The position numbers and the translations under genes were made by a program. This document shows, one piece after another, positions 1 to 9,833 of a stretch of 64,000 nt of DNA. The stretch lies in the sequence record NZ_CP033968.1; one strand, written 5' to 3'. Each line of letters opens with the position of its first letter. Position 1 is the stretch's first letter. The stretch is from a plasmid. The notes under the pieces are model-generated. The model was not told the DNA's origin. It ran no database searches and was given only the letters and a program-made list of their open reading frames with translations.

Positions 1-122
1 TCGCGGGCTTCCACGTTGAGCGGTGGCGGAAGAATCGGATGCGAGTGCGAACCGCTCGCACCCGATTTCGGCCTCAGACGGAACCCATAAAAGGTCTTCA
101 TTGCACTACCGACGGGCCGAGG

Positions 123-548
123 TCAGTCCGTGAAACCGACCAGCCACTGATTGTCGTGGTCGAACAAGTAGGCCACCACGGTCCTATGCTTTTGGATCTG
201 GGCCGCCTGCTTGGCGGCGCCGCGATAGTCTGCGAACACCTTGGCCAGGTCCGGGTTGGCACCATACCGATAGACCGTGACCCCGCGTTGGGACTCCATG
301 GCATCGGCCAGGAATTCGTCGCTATCGGGCAGGTGCACGACGTAGCCCACGAACTTCGCGGACGCCGCAAAACCCATACTTTCGCGCATGGCCTCGGGGC
401 TCGGTACCGCGCCAATGGCAGCCTCCACACGTTCTGTCTGACTGCCGCGCCGCTTGGCCTCACCCATGGTGAGTACCTCCGGACGGGCCGTCGAGCGGGA
501 GGTAGCGCCCATCGGACGATTGGCTGCCGACGACGCCTTCGCTGCCAA
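123..548 (-). CDS. hypothetical protein (start possibly at ~467)
   Basis: Long minus-strand ORF with GC-rich codon pattern. Overlaps the 3-prime end of the upstream ORF, so an internal Met start is plausible. Confidence 0.4.
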   Translation of the reverse strand: MAAKASSAANRPMGATSRSTARPEVLTMGEAKRRGSQTERVEAAIGAVPSPEAMRESMGFAASAKFVGYVVHLPDSDEFLADAMESQRGVTVYRYGANPDLAKVFADYRGAAKQAAQIQKHRTVVAYLFDHDNQWLVGFTD

Positions 549-813
549 TCATGTCCTGCCACGCAAGGATGGAATCGGCCACCGCATCGGAGTCGCCCTT
601 GAATGCGACGACCGACTCCCCGCACGTCGGGCACGGCCCGCCAAAGGCCGCATCGATACCGGCCAGGCCGCGCGTGCCCAGCGCCTCAAACTCGGCAAAC
701 GCCGTTTTGCAGCTGCCGCACACCAGCGTCTCCGGGCGCAGCGCCGCCAGTTTGGCGTGCGCTTGCGCCACCCGTTGTTCTTTGGTCCCGCGTTGTTTTG
801 CTTGTCCCACCAT
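460..813 (-). CDS. small zinc-ribbon-like hypothetical protein
   Basis: Two CxxC pairs (CGSCK...CPTCGE) in a 117-aa ORF. Confidence 0.4.
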   Translation of the reverse strand: MVGQAKQRGTKEQRVAQAHAKLAALRPETLVCGSCKTAFAEFEALGTRGLAGIDAAFGGPCPTCGESVVAFKGDSDAVADSILAWQDMIGSEGVVGSQSSDGRYLPLDGPSGGTHHG

Positions 814-869
814 TTCTCCCTTGTTGATACGGCCTGAGCCGGCAAAGTCAGAGCGCGGTCAGCGGGCCG

Positions 870-1529
870 CTATTCTTCAGGCATCCAGTAAAACTCACCC
901 GCATCCACGTCTTCCAAGATACGCGGCTCCGGCGCTCCCTTCTGCTCGACCGAGACAATCGTGCCGTGTCCGTACATGCGTTGGCCGACCTTTGGAAACT
1001 CCACGATCGCGATCACGGGTACCGCGAACGATGTTTCTTGGTTGTAGGCGTAGGCGTCCCCTGAAACCTCAATCCTCAGAATATCCGGCACTTGATCTTC
1101 GGCGCAATGGCAGCGGCTTGAGGTCGCTCTCTTGACATCCGGGTAACCGACCAATCGCTGGATGGCGTGGATTCGGGAATTGGACGTGTCCTCGAAAACA
1201 AGTTCAGCCGCGTTGTGCATGCCGCCGATGGTGGTCAGCCAAAATGGCGTAATGCCGCTGGGTCGAAGCGCCAAGGAAACGTCTCGCCACTGCGCTTCAG
1301 TCACGGCAAGTCCGAGGTCCTCCGCGCGTGCGAGTCCCGCCGCATCGTCGAACAGGACATAGTGGGGCTTGCCATTCAGGGTGTCGAGATCCGTCGCGCG
1401 AAGCGACGCGTACGTTCGGTGGCCGAGGCAGGCAGCGAGGAGCTGATGCACTTGGCCGAGTTTGATTTTGGGAGCTTGCTTGACAAGGAGGGCGTGCGCG
1501 ATGCCGCTCCAGCGGGAGAACTGGTCCAT
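870..1529 (-). CDS. hypothetical protein, 219 aa
   Basis: Long ORF on the same strand as the T6SS module. No recognisable motif and no signal peptide. Confidence 0.5.
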   Translation of the reverse strand: MDQFSRWSGIAHALLVKQAPKIKLGQVHQLLAACLGHRTYASLRATDLDTLNGKPHYVLFDDAAGLARAEDLGLAVTEAQWRDVSLALRPSGITPFWLTTIGGMHNAAELVFEDTSNSRIHAIQRLVGYPDVKRATSSRCHCAEDQVPDILRIEVSGDAYAYNQETSFAVPVIAIVEFPKVGQRMYGHGTIVSVEQKGAPEPRILEDVDAGEFYWMPEE

Positions 1530-1760
1530 GGTTGTCTCTCAGAGCACAGCGAACGTTGAGCGTTTAGCGTCCGCCGCCTTTGACAATCATGCGACGCGGA
1601 AGGAAGAGATGAATTCGTGCCAGTTTAAGCCGCTCAAAACTTGGGCTGGGAGCCCAGGCGGCGATGCGCGCCCGTGATGATTCTGCCATTGGTCCGAACC
1701 AAACGCAAACGCAGTCACGAAGATGGCAACGATGGTCTGCCCTCGGGCGGATCTAAACGA

Positions 1761-2147
1761 CTACTGCTCGATATAGGTGCCGAGCACCAGCACCTGTCCC
1801 GCCTCGGAAATCTCGAAAACGACGTTGCGACAGTTGAATTCAAAGCCGGTCCCATCGACGCCGTGCAGGTAGGAAACAACTCCGCCGCCTGCGAAGTGCA
1901 CCGTATGGGACACGGTGTCGTAGAGGCGGATGATGCTGTGTTTCACAACCTTCGAGAGATCGGCGATGGTGACTGCGCGGATAGCCGGCGTCCGCCCGTC
2001 GATGTCACCGTCGCGTGAGCAGTGAACCGTGGCGACGCCTGGCAACGTGACCATGAAGCTACCGTCGGGGTAGTCCATCCGCTGCCCACCTTGGCAGTCG
2101 ACAGCGGCGCGGGAATGTGGCGAAGGTGGGTCGGATCGGTCAGGCAT
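1761..2147 (-). CDS. hypothetical protein, 128 aa
   Basis: ORF downstream of tle1 on the same strand. No recognisable motif. Confidence 0.4.
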   Translation of the reverse strand: MPDRSDPPSPHSRAAVDCQGGQRMDYPDGSFMVTLPGVATVHCSRDGDIDGRTPAIRAVTIADLSKVVKHSIIRLYDTVSHTVHFAGGGVVSYLHGVDGTGFEFNCRNVVFEISEAGQVLVLGTYIEQ

Positions 2148-2187
2148 GGAGGTCTCTCGAAAACAGGACGGAAATGCTGTTTATGCG

Positions 2188-2356
2188 ATCAAGGCGCCCC
2201 GGAGATTCCGACAACGCTGAAGACCAGCAACGGCAGCAGCATCAACCCTCCGATTCCCATGAAGACATAGGCGATTGCACGCAATACACGTCGCTGTGCG
2301 GCCATAGAGCGCAGCGCCTCCTCATCCGTGGAGGCACCCGTATCAGTCATCCCCAT
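2188..2356 (-). CDS. possible small hydrophobic membrane protein (~55 aa)
   Basis: Short ORF immediately downstream of tle1 encoding a hydrophobic stretch (AIAYVFMGIGGLMLLPLLVFSVVGISGA). Below the ORF-track length threshold. Confidence 0.2.
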
Positions 2357-2443
2357 GGAAGCGAGCAGGCTCGCGATCCCGAGTCCGAGCAGGACGATTG
2401 GGAGGTCGAAGTCAGCTGAGGAAATGCCTGTTTCCTGGCTGCG

Positions 2444-4723
2444 TCAAAGCATGGGGACCCCGCCGCCTGAGTACTGCTCCAGGACGCGCTTCGCACCACG
2501 TTCCAGCGCGTCTTGGCCGGCAGACAAGAGCTTGCGAGCTGTGCTCGCTAGACCCTCTTCTGCGCTATGCGCGACTTCGCCGACCTTCTGGGAGACTGTG
2601 TCCGCTACCTTGCCAGGCACCGCCGCCACACGGTCCCACGCCGCTTGCGCACGCTCGCCCAGCGTCAGCTCCGGCGCGAAGTGTGTGCGCCAGCGTAGAT
2701 ACCCCCATACTGAACTGAACTCGCGTCCGGTTTTCTCCAACGGCAGCGTGCCGTCCTTCAGATAGCGGTCCAAATCGATGCGATCCTGACCCATAACTGG
2801 TGGCGGTGGCGGCGCGACTTCACCCTTGCCGCCGTCAGAAACCGGCGCATAGCGCTCGATCGTTCCGCGCGGGTCCCGCTGGAGGTCCGCGCTCATCTTC
2901 TGCCACTCCGCCTTCCATCTGGCGTTCCACTCGGCATCTTTGCGCTTGAGGTCTTCCAGCCGGTTTTTTTCCCTCAGCTTCCAGACCCCTTCATTGGTGG
3001 CGCCCATTGGCTTGAACCACGCACGCGAGTCGTGCACGTAGTCGTCAAAGAACTTGACGATCCTCGGGTCCAACGGCGACGTGTCATTCCAATACTCTTT
3101 GACCTCTCGCCACTGTGCAACTTTGTCGCCCCATATGGCACGGTGGAGTCTGATCAACGCCTCAGCGGCCACACCTGACCTGCGGAATACCGCCGCCATC
3201 CAGCCATCTGAGTACAGGATGGAGTTTTCCATCTCCGACATCGTCTTGGCTTCTTCGCGCAATTCTTCGTTTGCGCCGCTCAGATCCTGTGCGCACTGAG
3301 CACTGTAATTCTGTGCTCGCCTGAAAAAGGGTTGGTTCTCAAAGGCATCGGGTCCGCTGCCCAGGCGCAGCCGACGCCAACGCAGGTACAAGCCGTATTG
3401 CACGTGTGCTGCGCCAGTAGTTCCTCCGCCCTTCTTTTTGATAAGCGGATTCACCGCATCAACGTACGCGTTGTAGTCCTTGATCAGTTGGGGCGAGATC
3501 TTGAGTGCATCCAGAACCCGAGGTGGAAGATCCGCTGACGGCTTCAACGGCACGCCGGCAGCAACGGCTTCCCGATACATCTTGGCAAGTGTCACTTGCG
3601 AGAGCTTGGTGCTGTCGTCGGGTGTTCCGTCGGCCCTGCAACCACGGCCTTGGTCCCCTGGCCGGTATGCCCCGCCCACATCCGTGTGGACGCCTGGATA
3701 GGCGATTTCGAGCAGATCCCTGGCGACCGCCTTGTCCAACGGGAACGAGCCACGTATTTCGTGTGAGGAAATCAAGTGGACCGTCCGATTGACATATTTC
3801 GGAATGCGTAGGAATTCCTCTTGGCCCCACCCGCCGTGGCCGGTGGAGAACATGGAGCTTTGGGCGAACCCCACGGACGCGACAGTATCCAAGATTCCGA
3901 GGAAATCGAAGCTCACCTCGACACCAGCCAGCGTCATACCTGGGTCGAACGCATCTTCCAGCCAGTTGCTGAACACCCGAGCTTCCGCCGCGCCGCGTGA
4001 GAATCCGAACACGTACAGGCGAATGCGCTGGAGCTTCGGCTTGCGGTCGGCGATGAGTGCCTTCAGCTTTTGCGAAAGGAACTCGCGCCGCCGTTGCAAC
4101 TCCTGCTTGCGCGGAATGGCATTGGGAATGTTGTCCGCCGTGTCCAACGCGACGGCGAGCGTGCGCCCCGTCCCTGCGTCATTCAGTTGCTCCACTTCGT
4201 CTTTGATCTTCTGCGCCTCGTCGCGTGCGCCGGCTTCCGCGCGCTTATGTACAGGGAAGCTCAAATCGCCCGAGATTTTGCGAAGCACCTTCAGATCTTC
4301 GGTGCCCATCGCCCTACTCAGATCATCTCCGTAAAACAGCTGGTAAAGCGCATCGGTTAGTTTCAGCAATGCCCAATTGATGCGGGCTTCACCGCCCCAG
4401 CCCGCCATCAGCCCCGCCCGTGCGTCATAGCCGCGGCCGGTGTCGCCGATTTCTTTCTCGAACGGTGTCCCGATGCCGGGCACATAGAAGGCCACCTGAT
4501 TTTTCTTCCGCTCAAAGATGTCGTACAGCCGCGCTACGTTACTGTGGGCGTGCTTGGGTGCGTCCCGATCCTTGTTGTTGTTGGTGCCATCGAAGAAGAT
4601 CCCGATTCGCAATTCCTCGGTGCATTGCCCTGAGAAGGCCTCAATGTTGTTCGCCATGCACCGTCCCTTCTCGTCCAGCGTTAGGGCGAAGGGATTTGGC
4701 TGCAGTCGTTCGAGTTCGGCCAT
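2444..4723 (-). CDS. tle1: T6SS phospholipase effector, Tle1 family (DUF2235 alpha/beta hydrolase)
   Basis: N-terminal GIFFDGTNNN motif and GFSRGAAEA (GxSxG nucleophile) typical of the DUF2235/Tle1 family. Located downstream of vgrG, DUF4123 and DUF3304. Confidence 0.8.
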   Translation of the reverse strand: MAELERLQPNPFALTLDEKGRCMANNIEAFSGQCTEELRIGIFFDGTNNNKDRDAPKHAHSNVARLYDIFERKKNQVAFYVPGIGTPFEKEIGDTGRGYDARAGLMAGWGGEARINWALLKLTDALYQLFYGDDLSRAMGTEDLKVLRKISGDLSFPVHKRAEAGARDEAQKIKDEVEQLNDAGTGRTLAVALDTADNIPNAIPRKQELQRRREFLSQKLKALIADRKPKLQRIRLYVFGFSRGAAEARVFSNWLEDAFDPGMTLAGVEVSFDFLGILDTVASVGFAQSSMFSTGHGGWGQEEFLRIPKYVNRTVHLISSHEIRGSFPLDKAVARDLLEIAYPGVHTDVGGAYRPGDQGRGCRADGTPDDSTKLSQVTLAKMYREAVAAGVPLKPSADLPPRVLDALKISPQLIKDYNAYVDAVNPLIKKKGGGTTGAAHVQYGLYLRWRRLRLGSGPDAFENQPFFRRAQNYSAQCAQDLSGANEELREEAKTMSEMENSILYSDGWMAAVFRRSGVAAEALIRLHRAIWGDKVAQWREVKEYWNDTSPLDPRIVKFFDDYVHDSRAWFKPMGATNEGVWKLREKNRLEDLKRKDAEWNARWKAEWQKMSADLQRDPRGTIERYAPVSDGGKGEVAPPPPPVMGQDRIDLDRYLKDGTLPLEKTGREFSSVWGYLRWRTHFAPELTLGERAQAAWDRVAAVPGKVADTVSQKVGEVAHSAEEGLASTARKLLSAGQDALERGAKRVLEQYSGGGVPML

Positions 4724-4724
4724 C

Positions 4725-5267
4725 TCATCGCTCCTGGCTGGATGACGCCATGCGCTCGGGATAGAACTTGGCGGCGCACGCCTTGTCCGCCATGCAAGCG
4801 TCTTCTGGATACTTCAGTCCGCCTGGAAATTTGGGATTGAGAGGCGTATAGCGCGAAGCAATGGCTCTTATCTTCTTGCCTGGGTAAAACGCTAGCCAAA
4901 GCGAACTTGGATCGCCGTCAGGATACGGCTCGACGGGGACCTGTGCCTTGTATGTCGCATCATGGTCCTTCCGGTAGAGCGTGTCGTCCTGCCATTCAAC
5001 TTCTACTGTAAGACCTGGATGCCACTTGCGTGGCACACCGATTGCCCCTGCAACACCAAAACCCCCTGCATGGCGCTTCTCACTTCCTACCCAAACGCCG
5101 TTTACATAAACGATGTCGAGTCCCTCATCCATGTAGTTGAGCACTCGGACCTCAAGGCCGAGGTCTTCATCTTGCTGGGCAGCATTCGCCTGCTCCGCAG
5201 GCTTGCAGCCGGCGCTGAGCGTGGCCAACACCACCAACACGAGTGCCATCCATGTTCGAATTTTCAT
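4725..5267 (-). CDS. DUF3304-like lipoprotein
   Basis: Signal peptide with lipobox (LSAGC). Size and position between the DUF4123 adaptor and Tle1 match vgrG-tle1 islands. Confidence 0.65.
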   Translation of the reverse strand: MKIRTWMALVLVVLATLSAGCKPAEQANAAQQDEDLGLEVRVLNYMDEGLDIVYVNGVWVGSEKRHAGGFGVAGAIGVPRKWHPGLTVEVEWQDDTLYRKDHDATYKAQVPVEPYPDGDPSSLWLAFYPGKKIRAIASRYTPLNPKFPGGLKYPEDACMADKACAAKFYPERMASSSQER

Positions 5268-6115
5268 GACTGTTCCGTCGTTTCTTGCGACTGCAGCAAA
5301 CCAGCTTCACTCAATGCACCGGCGACTACTCGAAAAACCACTGCGTCATGCGCGCCCGCGTTGAACTCGGGGCTATCCAGCGCCATCCGAATGCAGCTAT
5401 GCGCCTGAGATGGTGTACCTGTTAGTTCTCCCCACCAATGCACGTTCGTCTGAATGAGTCTCAGCAGGCCATCCGGGCGAGCCAGCGCATCAAGACGATC
5501 CATCTGCTCCCGACTGAAGACATAGGGTTCGTCAGTCCGGTCGGCTGAAGCATCGTCAGGGTGACCGACAGCCTGCAACCTGCCATCGCGTCGGAAGTAC
5601 CACCACCGCAACCCATTCAGGAAGCGCTCACGCTGCGCGTCATCAAACACCTGCAGCAGCGCATCCAACGAGCGGGTATCCGCGAAGCGGATCAGGAACG
5701 CCTTCCCCTCATGGTCCACAGCTTCCATCTGGTCCTGGAGGTGCGCGACTGGATCAAGAGCCGACGCGATGCGATGCAAGAAGCTCAGCATCGGCTTGCC
5801 CGAAGTCTCATTCAGAACGAACTCAAGGAACGTACGCCGTTCGGATTCTTCAACCGGTATGCGGACCACGGAGGGGGCGATTTCTGCCAAGCCGGGCCCG
5901 TCATAGCGCCCCTCGTAGAGTGACTGCGGATGCAAGCCCGGAAACCGCGAGCGTAGCCGCTGCGCGAAACCGGTATCGAACGCGTTGTCGACCAAGGCAT
6001 ACACGTTCGCCTCCGGCAATGCGCCAAAAAGTTGTGCCAGAGCGCTATCCGGGAAATCGTTCACCCAAGCAGGTTCATCCGAGCGTCTGCGTTGAATCTG
6101 GAAACGGGTTGCCAT
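5264..6115 (-). CDS. DUF4123-family T6SS effector adaptor/chaperone (Tap-like)
   Basis: Sits immediately downstream of vgrG and upstream of the effector. Length and composition are consistent with DUF4123. An internal Met at 6115 avoids overlap with vgrG (the ORF-track start is 6205). Confidence 0.65.
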   Translation of the reverse strand: MATRFQIQRRRSDEPAWVNDFPDSALAQLFGALPEANVYALVDNAFDTGFAQRLRSRFPGLHPQSLYEGRYDGPGLAEIAPSVVRIPVEESERRTFLEFVLNETSGKPMLSFLHRIASALDPVAHLQDQMEAVDHEGKAFLIRFADTRSLDALLQVFDDAQRERFLNGLRWWYFRRDGRLQAVGHPDDASADRTDEPYVFSREQMDRLDALARPDGLLRLIQTNVHWWGELTGTPSQAHSCIRMALDSPEFNAGAHDAVVFRVVAGALSEAGLLQSQETTEQS

Positions 6116-6143
6116 GGTGCCAATGACCTCGATGTCTGCTAAA

Positions 6144-9020
6144 TCAGCCGTTCCTGCTACCGAGCGAATGACCGCCAGCCATTGCGCGCAACATGCATTC
6201 GACACAGATGCTCTGTGGAAACGCCGGCAACGGATACGACTGGTTCACCGGCCCATCAAAGGTGCGCTGCGCGGCCTTGTAGGTAATCGGCCCGGAGCAC
6301 TCGACGGTGATGTTGCCGTCCTCCAGCGTAATGGCTGCACCGGCCGCCGTCGCCAGGCGAATCCGCTTGGCCGCCGCAAAATCCACGTTCATGTTGGCCG
6401 ACACTAATTTCAGGTCATCCTTGGCCATGAGCTTCAGCGTGTCGTGCTGCGCCTGAACGTCGATGTTGCCCTGGCCGGCGGTCAGTTGCAGGCCGATGTT
6501 GTTGTCACCCGCCTTGGACAGGCCCGCCGCCACGCCGATCGCTTGCCCAGCGTGCATGCGCGCCTGTTTGCCGACGGCGATGTTGGTGTCCTGGCCGCTG
6601 CCCAGGGCGATGCTCTCGCCGTTGGCCAACTGCAGATCCTGACCGGCCACCATGACCAACCCGGCGCGGCCGTTCGCATGCACCATCGCCTCGCCCTGGT
6701 GTGGCACCTTGCCCGGCGTGCTGGTGTTGCCGGCGCTGGCATCCTGCTTCGCCGCATCGAGCGCCTTGCCGTCCACCATGCCGGCGGCGGCCTTCTCCTG
6801 CTTGGCCAGCGGCGCATTCTCGTCCTTCGCCGACGACAGGCCAGCGGTCTGATGGGTGACGGCCCCTTGGCCCAGCGATTGGGTGAGCGCCTTGGCCTGC
6901 TTGATGAGGGCAATGCCGGCGGCGTTGTCGCCTGTGGGCACAGCTTTGCCGCTGGCGGCGTCGCGGTAGGTGGTCAGCAGCAGTCCGGCCTGGCCGCGCA
7001 CGGCGGCGTGGCCGTCGGTGCGCAGCTCGAAGCCCTGACCACGGAAGCTGCCGCGCCGGTTGTCCTGTTGGTGAACGAGGTGGCCAAGGTTGATCTGGCT
7101 GTGTAGCTGCGTGGTGGCAAGCTGCGTGCGCAACTGACCATCGCTGTCATCGAAGACGAGCTGGTTGTAGCCGCTGCCGCCGTGTTCGGCGCTCTTGAAG
7201 CCGGTGTGCGCAGCAGCGTTGCGGTGTCCGTCCGCGTCGGTGCCCATGCCGTGCCAGGCGGGGCTGTGGCCGCCCGCCACGTTACCCTGGGCGCTCGGGG
7301 CCGTATCGCTGCCTTGTTTGTAGAGTGCGGCCGTGTCCATTTGAGCTGCGGTTTGGCCGCCGGGCGTCGGCGCAACGCCGGCCTCGCCCTGACCGTTGTA
7401 GAGGGCACCAATGACGACCGGCTGGTCGACATCGTCTTCGCTGAACTTGACGAGCACTTCCTGCCCAATGCGCGGCAGCCATTGCCAGCCCATGCCGGAA
7501 CCGGCCTGCCGCTGCGCGACGCGTACCCAGCGGCTGCTTCGGTCATCTGCACGCTCGCCTTGTTGCCAGGGAAAGCGCACGCGGATTTCACCTGCGGGGC
7601 TGGCATGGTGCTCGCCGTCTCCGCCGGCTTGGGTCTGGCCGTCCGGGCCGACCACGATGGCGCTGTGTACGCCTTGCGCGGTGGGCGCCGCGTAGAGACG
7701 GCCGCAATCGGGTTCAGTCACGGCCGGGCGCCAGGGCCGGCGTGCGTCGCCGGCGCGGAAGACGCCAGCGTAACCGTGCGCGCGTGCTGCTTTGAGCAGA
7801 TCGCCAGTCGGCGTGCTGCGTTCGACGGGGCCTTCTGCTTCTTGGAAACCAAAAACGCCCGGGCCGGATTCCGGCGCGCTGGGCGGCGTATCGAATGCCA
7901 GCGCGGCATCGAGCCCGCCCAAACGCTGGCTGAGCGCGTTGTGCGTATCGACGGTCAGGTTGTTGATGCCGCAGTGCTCGACCAGATCCATCAACAGCGG
8001 ATAGGCGCCTTCCACGTCTTGCGGCAGGTGCGGGCAATCCACCACCTGCAGACGCGTACCGCTGCGCAGCGTGCGCACCGTGCCTCGCCCCGAGAACAGC
8101 AGTGCGCGCGCCTCCAGGCTTTCCATGACCTGCTCGGCAATGCGCTGGGCATTGGCGGAATCCGGCGCCAGCGACGGGCTGATGGACAGATACGCGTCGG
8201 GGCTGCCGGCGCTGGTGGCAAAGCGCGCGGGCGCATGGGCACGCACGCTGTGCTTGCCTTCCGGGTCCCACGCGGCCACGGCAACGCCGCCGGCAGTTGT
8301 GCGGGTGTGGCAGGCCAGTTGCTGGATGGCGTCGCGCTCTTCCAGGCTGTGCGCGCGGTGGAAGCGGATGCCGCCGGCCGCAGCCGACTCCGTGTCTTCC
8401 GGCAGCTGCGTGCTGTCGGCAAAGATCACCAGCGTGTGGCCGCCGTGCGCCTGGTCGTCTTCCACCGTGGTGAAGCCGAGCCCCGCCTCGGCGAGAAGGC
8501 GTGTGACGAAGTGGTAGTCCGTCTCGCGAAACTGCGCGATGTGCGCGCGTGTACCGAAATCGCTCATGCGTGCTTCGGCACCGGCCGCGTAGCGCCACGA
8601 GGCGTACGGCTCGTACGGCGACAGCATCTGCTCAATGATGTCAGCGAGCGGCCGATTCTGGAACACCTGGCTGTGGCGCTGCTGCGTGGTCAGCCAGAAC
8701 CATGGCACCACCGTCAGGCGATAGCGCGTGAGGCTGCCGTCCGCGCCGAGCTTCTCAGCCAGGCGGATCAGGCCCGTGCGCTTGGTCTGCGTACCATCGG
8801 CCAGCGTCGTGACCAGCGTGACCCGCTGGCCCAGCAATGATTTGAGCGCGATGCGCGCATTGGCGCTGACGGCCACCACGCGCCATTCGAACAGTTCGGA
8901 CAGTGCCTCGCGACCGAGCCAGGCTTCCACCGCCAGATCCGCAAGCGGCCCGTCGCCTTCCAGCGTGTACAGGCGGCGTGTGGGGGCGAAGAGGTTCTGA
9001 AGAAGGGTTGTGACTTCCAT
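6144..9020 (-). CDS. vgrG: type VI secretion tip protein VgrG
   Basis: 958 aa with a typical VgrG N-terminus and gp27/gp5-like organisation, followed by a Gly-rich repeat region and a C-terminal DUF2345-like extension. Confidence 0.9.
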   Translation of the reverse strand: MEVTTLLQNLFAPTRRLYTLEGDGPLADLAVEAWLGREALSELFEWRVVAVSANARIALKSLLGQRVTLVTTLADGTQTKRTGLIRLAEKLGADGSLTRYRLTVVPWFWLTTQQRHSQVFQNRPLADIIEQMLSPYEPYASWRYAAGAEARMSDFGTRAHIAQFRETDYHFVTRLLAEAGLGFTTVEDDQAHGGHTLVIFADSTQLPEDTESAAAGGIRFHRAHSLEERDAIQQLACHTRTTAGGVAVAAWDPEGKHSVRAHAPARFATSAGSPDAYLSISPSLAPDSANAQRIAEQVMESLEARALLFSGRGTVRTLRSGTRLQVVDCPHLPQDVEGAYPLLMDLVEHCGINNLTVDTHNALSQRLGGLDAALAFDTPPSAPESGPGVFGFQEAEGPVERSTPTGDLLKAARAHGYAGVFRAGDARRPWRPAVTEPDCGRLYAAPTAQGVHSAIVVGPDGQTQAGGDGEHHASPAGEIRVRFPWQQGERADDRSSRWVRVAQRQAGSGMGWQWLPRIGQEVLVKFSEDDVDQPVVIGALYNGQGEAGVAPTPGGQTAAQMDTAALYKQGSDTAPSAQGNVAGGHSPAWHGMGTDADGHRNAAAHTGFKSAEHGGSGYNQLVFDDSDGQLRTQLATTQLHSQINLGHLVHQQDNRRGSFRGQGFELRTDGHAAVRGQAGLLLTTYRDAASGKAVPTGDNAAGIALIKQAKALTQSLGQGAVTHQTAGLSSAKDENAPLAKQEKAAAGMVDGKALDAAKQDASAGNTSTPGKVPHQGEAMVHANGRAGLVMVAGQDLQLANGESIALGSGQDTNIAVGKQARMHAGQAIGVAAGLSKAGDNNIGLQLTAGQGNIDVQAQHDTLKLMAKDDLKLVSANMNVDFAAAKRIRLATAAGAAITLEDGNITVECSGPITYKAAQRTFDGPVNQSYPLPAFPQSICVECMLRAMAGGHSLGSRNG

Positions 9021-9035
9021 GCGGCGATCTGCCCG

Positions 9036-9608
9036 TTACAGGTGCAATGTCCAACCATCCACCGGCGGCTGCACGCGCGCAGGATCTGGGCGGGGGGATT
9101 TGTTTTCGAGAAGTTCGGTAATGGCATCGAACGCTGCTAGGCGCGCAGCCTCATCAGAGGCATAGCCCGTTTCTGCCCGACAGATTTCGGTTTGCCGGAT
9201 GGGGCGAATTTCGTAACGCCATCCGTTCTCCTGCCGCCACACCGTGGTCACATAGCCATCGGCCGGAAGCGACATGGGGCCATCGAAACTGCCGCCGCGC
9301 TTCCATGCGCGGGTCAGCCATAAGAGGCGCTTGGTCGCCCGGCTGCGCGGCGGCGGCTTCGGCTCGCTCTGTTGCGGTTTCACCCGCAACTCGCGGGAAC
9401 AGTCTTCGTCGACGCGCAGCACGCCGTGGTAGTTGTGATGACGTAATACGTGCACCGGCCCCGTGAACACGCCACGGCATCGGTCACACGTGCCGACACC
9501 GGCGTCGCCCTCGTCGGCAGCGACGCGAATCCACCCATCGCGCGGCAAGCCGGCCTTGATCCATCGGCCTTGCTCCCAGACAGTGGGCGGTCGGGTTCCG
9601 CGGGCTTT
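9036..9608 (-). pseudogene. C-terminal fragment of a gene interrupted by the IS (ORF reads through into the IS left end up to 9656)
   Basis: ORF has a stop but its first 16 codons lie inside the IS terminal repeat. The native part carries a Cys/His-rich region (CDRC...HVLRHHNYH). Confidence 0.3.
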
Positions 9609-9652
9609 GCGGGGTGACCTGATTGACCTCATCGACGACCAGCACGGGTTGA
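9609..9652. repeat. left terminal inverted repeat of the Tn3-family IS (approximate)
   Basis: GGGGTGACCTGATTGACC...CCAGCACGGGTTGACC is about 25/44 identical to the reverse complement of the right end. Confidence 0.35.
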
Positions 9653-9833
9653 CCAAAACCCGGGATGGTAGAGCGGCTGTGGCCCGTTATCGCTGAAAAA
9701 TATCGAAATCAGACTTAAAAAGAACTGTCCACCAGACCCGATGCTGGCATTGCTTGCATGCGCGCTGACACGGTTTTCAGCCCGAGGCGGGGCCGATATC
9801 GCACCGGTCAGCCCTTATGATGCGTAGCCTGGC

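Larger units (their letters stand above)
2444..9020 (-). other. orphan T6SS auxiliary effector module (vgrG - adaptor - lipoprotein - tle1)
   Basis: Co-directional, tightly packed four-gene architecture matching known vgrG-tle1 islands. Confidence 0.75.

Noticed and set aside
3732-4334. Plus-strand ORFs (200 aa and others) inside tle1.
   Set aside because: Antisense to the Tle1 gene with clear DUF2235 motifs.
6975-7240. Gly/Ala-rich repetitive stretch in vgrG that could be mistaken for a tandem repeat or CRISPR-like array.
   Set aside because: It is the conserved VgrG Gly-rich beta-helix coding repeat, in frame and without spacer/repeat periodicity.
7182-8840. 552-aa plus-strand ORF, and several other long ORFs (6444-7106, 6974-7606, 7714-8598) inside vgrG.
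   Set aside because: They are antisense or alternate-frame ORFs within the high-GC vgrG gene. Their Arg/Ala/Gly-rich low-complexity products are typical of spurious ORFs in GC-rich DNA.
9463-9696. 77-aa plus-strand ORF across the IS left end.
   Set aside because: It spans the IS terminal repeat and the noncoding leader of tnpA. No RBS.
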